A DNA stretch of 64,000 bases. Origin: a virus. Its lineage: Duplodnaviria; Caudoviricetes. The stretch spans positions 64,001-128,000 of the IMG/VR virus record IMGVR_UViG_2920693923_000001. One strand, written 5' to 3'. The position numbers were made by a program, and so were the translations under genes. Shown here in pieces: positions 56,089 through 64,000 of this stretch. The notes under the pieces are model-generated. The model was given only the letters and a program-made list of their open reading frames with translations. It made no database searches and had not been told where the DNA came from. Position 1 is the first letter of the stretch, and every line of letters begins with the position of its first letter.

Positions 56089-56841
56089 ATGAAATATGGT
56101 TTTGATTTTGGCAATTTTGAAATAACAAAACGTGAAATCTTGGCTAGTATTTCTATCATTGCAGTTATGATTCTGTTTGGTATTCTGATTTCTTCTAAGA
56201 TTTCAGAATATCAAATGGATAAAAATGAAATTTATAACAAAGCTGTTAAGATAGAAAGTCAAGAAATGTTCCAATATGGAATGGATACAAATGTTGGTAA
56301 TGCGTTTGTATATGGTGATTTGAAAGCAGTTGATACAGTTACATATCCTGAAATTGGTGGAGAATATATGTATGTAGAAAAAGTCAAAGAGCGATACACA
56401 ATGCATACAAGACAAGTAGCTCATACAAGAACTGTTAATGGCAAATCACAAACTTATTATACAACAGAAACATATTGGACTTGGGATAGAGTCGGGAGTG
56501 AAGATATTAAGTGTAAAGAAATATCATTTTGTGGAGTAAATTTCACAAGTAATAAAATTGATTTACCTGGTACTGATTATATTGACACTATCAAGGAATC
56601 AAGTAATGTGAGATATAAGTATTATGGTGTTGGAACTGAATATAAAGGAACAATTTTTACAGATTTAAGAGATAAAACTATTCCAGATAATACATCCTTT
56701 TATAATAATTCAACTATTGATGAGACGATAGAAAGGCTAGAATCTGATTTTCCAATTATTATTTTCTGGATCTTTTGGGTTATTTTAATCGGTGGAATAG
56801 TGTTTGGTTTCTATTATTTAGATAATAGATGGTTGGATTAG
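56089..56841 (+). CDS. Membrane protein (2 TM) coupled to lemA
   Basis: Hydrophobic N- and C-terminal helices. Confidence 0.7.
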   Translation: MKYGFDFGNFEITKREILASISIIAVMILFGILISSKISEYQMDKNEIYNKAVKIESQEMFQYGMDTNVGNAFVYGDLKAVDTVTYPEIGGEYMYVEKVKERYTMHTRQVAHTRTVNGKSQTYYTTETYWTWDRVGSEDIKCKEISFCGVNFTSNKIDLPGTDYIDTIKESSNVRYKYYGVGTEYKGTIFTDLRDKTIPDNTSFYNNSTIDETIERLESDFPIIIFWIFWVILIGGIVFGFYYLDNRWLD

Positions 56842-58066
56842 GATTTTTTCAAGTGAGGTTAGAGGATAAATGGACAAAAAAAATTAAAAATAAATTAATT
56901 GAATGGGTAAAGAACAATTATAGTCCAAAGGCATGTGGATATACAGAAATGAGATCTTCTGGAAATGAATCCGATGTATTTTGTGACGGATATGATTGTG
57001 GCATATCAAACGCTGCATATGAAATTGGTTGTATTCTTGGTATGAAATTAAAAGAACCTGAAGAGCAGGACTATGGCTTCTAAAATTTAAATGAAATTTT
57101 TCTTTCCCTTGGACAGATTGGAGGTGTGAAATGAAAAAGTATTATAGACAAGTAATCGCATTTCTTTTGGTATGGTTTTGTAGTGGTATAACGATGTATT
57201 CATATCAAGTAGAAAATAAAATACTTGGAATTACTTTTACATTTTTAAGTTTTTTATATTGGTTCATTATAGATAAAGATGATTAGGAGAATAAGTACAT
57301 GACACAATTACCAAAAACAAGTTGTAGTATTCCGATGCCAGAAGTTATAGCTATTCGTGACACTAGAATTATTGCAAAAATTAAGTTATGTGGTGGTGCT
57401 GTAACGATTAATGTTAATGAAACAATGGCATGGAAAAAACCAACTGATGAGCAGATTAAAAATTTACACGATTTATTCTGTATTGATGTTGAAATATTAG
57501 ACAGGGGAGAATAACATTATGAAAGCATATTTAGTAGAGCGACCTGCAAGTGGTTGGTGTCAAGATTATGTAATGGTAATTATCGCACAAGATGAAAGAC
57601 ACGCTGAAAGAAAAGCAAGAGTAAGTTCAGATGACTTCAAGAAGTGTCAAGAGATTACCATTACAGAAATTGATATGAATGAAGAACAGTGTGTTTTGAC
57701 AGCAAATACAGGTGCATAGGAGGATAGTAACATGAGAACAGAGAATATAGAAGTAACATTTAAAATTCCAATTCCAGTTGATAAACCTGATTTGAACGGT
57801 GTCATATATTCCAAAGAAGCAATTAGAAATGCTTATAAAAATGTAAAGGATGTTCCGATTGAAATGTCATGTAGTGATGGTCAGTTTCTTCCTATTGGAG
57901 TAGCACAGGAAGTTGAGTTAATTGAAGACGAAGATGGTATGTATATTACAGGCGTTGGTCTTGTTTGGCATGGTGGTACAGAAGAAAGTGTTGAAATTAA
58001 GGATAGTAAGGTAACTAGCTTTAAAGTGAATGGCATTGGAATTGTAAAAGAGTAGGAGATAAAGAT

Positions 58067-58807
58067 ATGGATAATTTAACACACAGAGAAGAAGTAAATC
58101 TTTATGAAGCAATTCAAAAATCGTTTCCTAAAATTCTAATCAAAGATCTTACAGAGCATGAAAGAATTTGTCCTGTATGTAATGGTCTTGGAATGAGAAT
58201 TGAAGACAATGTTTATGGGATTAAAGGTGACAACTCTGAAGCTGGTAGAAAATACCATTTTCCATATAAGCATCAAGCACTTTCGTTTTGTCAGAGTTGT
58301 TATAACGGAGTGCAGCGATTGTGTCCTTATTGCGGAGAGCCTTATAAAAATCAGGCTTATTTACATTGCGACTGTGAAGGACAGAAGAAAGTTGACGAAG
58401 AAGAGAGAATAAAGAAGTGGAATGATAAAGTATCTAAAGCAGTTCCAGTTGATGAAAAAGATGTAAGCACAATGCTTTACTGTGAGGAATTTGACGAGTA
58501 TTACGCCACTGTTGATGATTTCTTTGATGATTATGCATGTAATCATGAAGAAGATAGTGAAGAAGATAGCGATGAAAGACCCGTAAGATTATGGGTAACT
58601 TCTGTTGAGACGATTTCTATTGATGCAACCAATGTCATTGAAAATGCTTGTAGCGATTTACATGAAAATGCATATGAACGGTGTGATGAGGGTTCTTTAC
58701 AGAAATTATTGGATGATTGGTGTAAGGAACAGACAGGAACAACTACATATTATCCTTGTTTTAAGCAGTATGTAGAGATCGATTGGAGTAAATATTCAGA
58801 GGAATAA
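58067..58807 (+). CDS. Protein with DnaJ-like zinc-finger repeats
   Basis: CPVCNGLG, CQSCYNG, CPYCG. Confidence 0.55.
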   Translation: MDNLTHREEVNLYEAIQKSFPKILIKDLTEHERICPVCNGLGMRIEDNVYGIKGDNSEAGRKYHFPYKHQALSFCQSCYNGVQRLCPYCGEPYKNQAYLHCDCEGQKKVDEEERIKKWNDKVSKAVPVDEKDVSTMLYCEEFDEYYATVDDFFDDYACNHEEDSEEDSDERPVRLWVTSVETISIDATNVIENACSDLHENAYERCDEGSLQKLLDDWCKEQTGTTTYYPCFKQYVEIDWSKYSEE

Positions 58808-58836
58808 CAGAAAATAAATATCTGTGAGGTGATGAA

Positions 58837-59733
58837 GTGAAATATATAGAACGAAAAAATTATAACAAGGTGATAACAGTTAAACTTGTAATTCCAGGTG
58901 GTTGTAATGCGAAATGTCCGTTTTGTTACAATAAAGACAAAGATATGTCGTGTGATAAACAACAGTTTTTAGATAATTTCATCGAATCACTTGATGATAT
59001 TATAACAAGAATAGGTGGTAAAAATCCTATATCAGTTGATATAACTGGCGGTGAACCTACTTTAGATCCTGAATATTTATCAAAAATATTTATCAAACTG
59101 AAAGAGTTCAATATTAAATCAAAGGTTCTTAGAGTAACTATGACAACAAATGGTTCTCATCTAAAAGAAGTAATCCCATATATGAAAGATGTTGTTGATT
59201 ATGTAAATATTTCAATTCACGATTGGCAACCAATAAGGAGAGAAGAAATACTTGGATTTTGTTTCAATAGAATTGACTACAAGGATATGATTCAGCAGCT
59301 CAACGATATTGGAATTACAGTATCAGCATGTGCAGTTATATTTAAGAAAATTCCAAACTTTGTAAAGTGGAGAGATTTCTTCATTGATTGGGCGAAAGAT
59401 GTAGGGTTTATTGCAGTAAGATTTAGATGTGATGTTTTCTGGAATGATGCTGATGTGTTTGATTCCTATTTAACAGAGTCAATGAGTGAGACTGATAAAT
59501 TTGATGTTATAGATTATGAAAACACAACGGATTCTCATTGGTGTAGACTTCGCAGAAAAGATAAGATGAGAGTATTTTTCTTGCATGGTGTTTTAGACAC
59601 CTCAATCAAGACAAAAGGTATTGAATATGTAATAGATACTGATGGTCGCTGTTATTGTGATTATTACAGAAGGACAAAAGTAGAAGATTATCAATATGAA
59701 GTTGGAAAGATTTATGATGCAGTGAGTGATTAA
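58837..59733 (+). CDS. Radical SAM protein
   Basis: CNAKCPFC, TGGEPTL, TTNG. Confidence 0.92.
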   Translation: MKYIERKNYNKVITVKLVIPGGCNAKCPFCYNKDKDMSCDKQQFLDNFIESLDDIITRIGGKNPISVDITGGEPTLDPEYLSKIFIKLKEFNIKSKVLRVTMTTNGSHLKEVIPYMKDVVDYVNISIHDWQPIRREEILGFCFNRIDYKDMIQQLNDIGITVSACAVIFKKIPNFVKWRDFFIDWAKDVGFIAVRFRCDVFWNDADVFDSYLTESMSETDKFDVIDYENTTDSHWCRLRRKDKMRVFFLHGVLDTSIKTKGIEYVIDTDGRCYCDYYRRTKVEDYQYEVGKIYDAVSD

Positions 59734-60100
59734 ATAGAGAATAAATATTTGTGAGGTAGTATTTAAAATGGGTTATTGTTTTAATTTATATACACCAGAT
59801 ATGAAAGAACAGGATAGTGGAAAATTTGTAGCTTGTGAGAGATTGTTGTTTTCTAATAATGTACCATTTACTGTTAATACAATTGGATATTACGAACAGT
59901 ATATTGGTGGTAAATATTTGGATATTTATAACAGTGTTTGTATTTTAAATGAGCAACAATGTGAAATTGCAGATGAATATACAGGAACGACATTCTTTAC
60001 AGATTTTATTAAAAAACATGACTGTAATGGAATGTTCATACAGATAACATGAAAAAAGATTCATTTCTTTAGGAAGTTTTAACAGATAGGAGTGATATAA

Positions 60101-61231
60101 ACGAGAGTATATAAAGATAAACAGTATCTCATTTTTGATTATGAAGATGGACGTACTGTAAAATATGATTTCGCAACAAAGACTGCTATTGGAATTAAGG
60201 GTAAGCCAGTAAAGAACTTATGTAGTCAGTTAAGTGGATTTACCTTAAATGAGTTATTTGATTGTTGTGATGATGAGAAATATGCAAAGTTTTTACGATT
60301 TATTAGAAATTCAGAAACATACTCATATTCAATAAGTAACATAGGAACAATTCTTGATAGAGTTCCAAGATATGATAGATTTGAACAAATCTTCTCAGCA
60401 GGATTTGATGACATTATCAAAGATGGTTATCGGTTTAAATATTCTATAAATGAGATTCCAAAATCTCTAATCAAATTATGTCGTAAATATCCCATTAAAT
60501 TATCCAACAATACTGTTAAGTATTATAAAGAAAACCAAGATGCTCATTACATAGCATACAATCTTGATTATCTTAGTTTATCTCTTAATGACATTTACAC
60601 TGTTTGGAACACAGAGATATATTGTAGGGTGAATGATATTTATACTTATTATTCATTTTTCAATAAATTAGTAAATGAATATGACTACAATGCCAAAGAT
60701 TTATGGCTGTATTTGGATAGAATTAAGACATTTGAGGCAGTTGAAGATATGAGTTTCTTGATTCGTGAATTGTGCGATTATGCTAATATGATGAATCAAC
60801 TTAGTTCAAAATATGATAAATATCCACGACATTTCCTTACTACACATAAGATTGCCTGTAGAAATTACAATCGAATGAAGAAAGAGTTCTCAGAAGAATT
60901 ATTTAAAAAGAGAATAAATAAGCAGTATGAATGCTCTTTTGGTGATTACATATTCATTTATCCAGATTCTACACAGGATATAAAGGATGAGGCGACTATG
61001 CAAAACAACTGCGTAGCTTCATACATAGATAAGGTTATTGACGGTGAGTGCCACATTCTTTTCTTGAGAAAGAGGAACAAACCAGACGAGAGTTTGGTAA
61101 CGATTGAAGTAAGAAATAATCATATCGTACAGGCTAGACGAAGATTTAATGATGATGTAACAGCAGAGGATCAGAAAACTATTGATGCATTTAATAAAAA
61201 GTTTGCGAATAAGGAGGATAAAGCAGCATGA
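60101..61231 (+). CDS. PcfJ-like domain protein (376 aa from an ACG start)
   Basis: EATMQNNCVASY...ILFLRK...LVTIEV...IVQA; frame open 176 codons upstream of the track start. Confidence 0.8.
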   Translation, partial: TRVYKDKQYLIFDYEDGRTVKYDFATKTAIGIKGKPVKNLCSQLSGFTLNELFDCCDDEKYAKFLRFIRNSETYSYSISNIGTILDRVPRYDRFEQIFSAGFDDIIKDGYRFKYSINEIPKSLIKLCRKYPIKLSNNTVKYYKENQDAHYIAYNLDYLSLSLNDIYTVWNTEIYCRVNDIYTYYSFFNKLVNEYDYNAKDLWLYLDRIKTFEAVEDMSFLIRELCDYANMMNQLSSKYDKYPRHFLTTHKIACRNYNRMKKEFSEELFKKRINKQYECSFGDYIFIYPDSTQDIKDEATMQNNCVASYIDKVIDGECHILFLRKRNKPDESLVTIEVRNNHIVQARRRFNDDVTAEDQKTIDAFNKKFANKEDKAA

Positions 61232-63585
61232 TTAAAGGTGATAAAATTAAACTCGTTCATAAGATGGGCGTGTTTGATAACATTGGTGAGATTTGTGAAG
61301 TAACTGATATTCAGGAAGGTGGAGTAATTTGCTTTAAGTTTGGTGGTTGCCATCTTGGTTGTATGTCATATGACGAGTACGAGAAGTATTTTGAGAAAGT
61401 TGAGATATCTACAAAGAGGACTTGGAGTAAATGGTACTTAAATGAAATTAGGTTTACAGATATTAATGGCAAAGATGTAAGATGTAACTATCTTTATCGA
61501 ACTAATGGGAAGAAAGTTCAGGTTAGAAGTGGATCATTTAAAGCAGAAGCTACCTGTTGTAAAGATGATGAATTTGAAATTGAAAAAGGTTTGAATCTTG
61601 CTAAGAAACGTCTGGTCGTAAAATACCTTGATAACCAGGTTAAGTCGATTGCAAAGGCGATGTAAGAGGAGAATAAATATATGAAAGTATTTGATAAAAT
61701 TTTTGATGCAATTAGCAGTCTTAATAACAACATTATACATTTAATTGATTGCTATAAGAGAGAACATGATGATGTGATTGGAACATATAACAGCTACAGA
61801 GATATTATTCAGGAACAGGATAGAATCATACAGTCGTTACTGAAATCACAGACAACCAATAAAGATATGGAATGTATGGTGTTTGTTCCATATAGAGGTA
61901 AGCCAGTTGTAATTAAAAATGGCGAAGTAGTCAGTACAGATAATATGACTTCATTTGATGTTGATTGGGCTTACGATAGACGAACTGATGTAACTGTGAG
62001 AGGAGAATAAATATATGGTTGGTAAAGAATTATGCAAAGTACAGTTCATGAAAGCTTTTGAAGATAGTTGTTATGATCTTGAACAGAAAAACATTATCTT
62101 AGATTCAATCAGGGTAGCAACATTAGATGATGATAAGCATTTTAAAAAAATTATCCCATTTGATATTCAAGTAGCAGGTGAAAATGGATTTCGTATTAGA
62201 CCATGTTTTTCAAAAGGAAAGTTTCTTGTAATGTATGAATGTATGATGAAAGCATATAAGGTTACAATTCCAGCTAATGCGTTTCCTTATCATATGAATG
62301 AGAATGGAGATTTTGAAATCTGCATTCCGAGTGAAGAGAATAAATAAGTAGGAATTATCGGTTTACTTGGGAGGTGAAATAAATGAGTTGTAAATATCCA
62401 GTCAATAGTAGAAGTTATAAGTTTTGTTTAGGCTGTAGCGATATAGGTTGTTGTGAAGATGCAGTTACTTCTAATATACCTATGCCAGAAGTTCAGCCAC
62501 CAAAGAATGTTATTCCGTCTGCATCAGAAGCAAATAAGATGACAAATAACGCAATTGATAACCGCACTACGCAACAATTAGCAGAATTATCTAAATTAAT
62601 TAGAGATGCGATTGCAGATGGCAAATTTTCAATCAGTGAAGATGGTTGTTTAAAACCTGAAACACGGACGAAATTAGAGGGACTTGGTTATAAAGTCGAG
62701 ACTGGCACTCGGTACAATGAGCCATATTACAGTATTAGTTGGAGAAAAACAAAGTAAATTTCGATTTCATTGGCTTCGCAAACCCAGTATTTACAAGGGT
62801 TTCAGAGATTAAAAAAATCAAAAATGCTCAAATCGAGTGAAAATCCATAATTTTCAATGATTTTTAGAGAATAACAAAAATGAGGTGCTGAAAACCCTTA
62901 TAAATCAAGGGTTTTGCAGTATCAATATCAAGAAACAGAGAATATAAGAATAACAAGAAATCACTGTTTCCTGTGGATTTCGAGGAGGTGAGAAAGATAG
63001 AGAATCTTATAAACTTATCAGATATTATTCTTGATAAATTAGAGAATATACATATAGATGCAAAAGGTACTATTAAAGACAAATCAGAAAGTACAAATAT
63101 CGGAATTGATATTTCAAATTTAAATGATGCAAAGATAGAAATTACTTGTTGGGATGAATGGAATTCTATAACTGGAAAAATTGAGCATAAGAAAAAGGCA
63201 ACAATTAGTTTTACAGATTATGAAATGGACTATAAATTCCAAGATAAAAACAAAACTAATATATTAGAATGTTTATGGAAAGCAAGTAAAAAGTAATTAA
63301 AATATCTAATCAGTCTTGAACAATTCAGTTCAAAAAATTCCAAAACAAGATGTCTCGAAAATTATATAAAAATCGAGACAAAGCAAGAGAACAAATAAAT
63401 GCGGAAAACATTTGTGAGGGTGGAAGAACAGCATACCCTTGGGTTTTTATACTCAAAAATCACTGTTGAAGATAGATTTTTACATAAATTTATTTTCTGT
63501 GTTCCGTCCTTTTTGGGCGTTTAGATAGATTGTTTTATTAACAATATTTACATAAATTTTTAAATTTTAAGGAGGATAAGTAATT

Positions 63586-64000
63586 TTGGCAAAGACAAAG
63601 GAAAGAAAGGCATTAAAAAAAGGTAAGGCAACATTCAATCTTATTGGTCGTGTAAAAGTAACAGATAAGACATTCAATCTTGACAATAGTTATGATTCTG
63701 GTTGGACAGATAATAGTATGTATGTAGGTGTTGATTGTGGAAACGGCAACACAGTATATGCAGAGATGAGAAGTGGTTTCTTCCCTGATAAGGATAATGT
63801 AATTCGTGCTTACAGTAAGGATGAGAAGGACGATGCAGGAAAGAGTAAGTCAGTAGAGATTGCGTGGGAGGATCGTCTTGATGAATCCCTGTATGATAGC
63901 ATTTCAGATTCTTCATTCTTAACAGTTGGTGTTGAGAAAGATGTAAAGGATAAGACTGTATATAAGAAGTTCCTCACAGCTTATGATGCAGTAGAGTATC
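63586..64000 (+). CDS. Hypothetical protein (partial, TTG start), probably highly expressed
   Basis: AAGGAGG RBS; open frame MAKTKERKALKKGKATFNLIGRVK... to the window end; not in the track. Confidence 0.75.
   Translation, partial: MAKTKERKALKKGKATFNLIGRVKVTDKTFNLDNSYDSGWTDNSMYVGVDCGNGNTVYAEMRSGFFPDKDNVIRAYSKDEKDDAGKSKSVEIAWEDRLDESLYDSISDSSFLTVGVEKDVKDKTVYKKFLTAYDAVEY

Larger units (their letters stand above)
11286..62970. repeat. Dispersed gene-junction palindrome family KAAA-N6-TTTM (more than 30 copies)
   Basis: For example 11687, 11935, 15061, 18090, 26180, 26737, 28617, 37991, 43659, 52330, 55410, 62755, 62957. Confidence 0.75.
1..64000. mobile_element. Segment of a large SPbeta-like Bacillota phage/prophage (possibly a phage-plasmid): control region and early region
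   Basis: Dense co-oriented small hypothetical ORFs with GGAGG-type RBSs; YonO-like RNAP, phage-type C5 MTase, PcfJ-like protein, tRNAs; no core housekeeping genes. No structural genes are in the window. Confidence 0.85.

Noticed and set aside
11286-62970. CRISPR array interpretation of the dispersed repeats or of the iterons
   Set aside because: No run of identical 25-45-bp repeats with uniform spacers. Whole genes lie between the palindromes, and the iteron gaps are only 23 and 14 bp.

Overview
The window is 64 kb of a large, low-GC Bacillota (probably Clostridia/Lachnospiraceae-type) phage or prophage with an SPbeta-like layout. Bases 1-6.1 kb are a minus-strand block. It holds a YonO-like (RdRP-fold) RNA polymerase that runs off the left edge and was missed by the ORF track, a wHTH Rep-like gene with three 20-bp iterons, and a minimal ABC ATPase. 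A divergent control region follows (6.1-7.7 kb) with three tandem sigmaA promoters, each carrying an ATCACA-N6-TGTGAT operator. After it come about 56 kb of plus-strand genes, mostly small hypotheticals. Recognisable genes there include a Cro/CI-like HTH protein, a ParB-like protein, two orphan HicA and several MazF-like toxins, a tyrosine recombinase, a sigma-factor-like gene, IscB with an omegaRNA, a DUF262-like protein, two tRNA-Gln(UUG), a Ca2+-type P-ATPase/3xTerD/PspA module, a C5 methyltransferase, a GHKL ATPase, LemA, a radical SAM enzyme and a PcfJ-like protein. The most striking unexplained structure is a set of more than 30 short palindromes, (CA..)KAAA-N6-TTTM(..TG), placed at gene junctions and bracketing accessory modules. 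They suggest an integron- or pdif-like cassette system, possibly served by the resident recombinase. Other highlights are a circularly permuted methyltransferase with a -1 frameshift signal, orphan tandem NrdR boxes, and a strand-polarised GAGAATA/hairpin motif. All calls come from reading the sequence by eye; no searches or computations were run.
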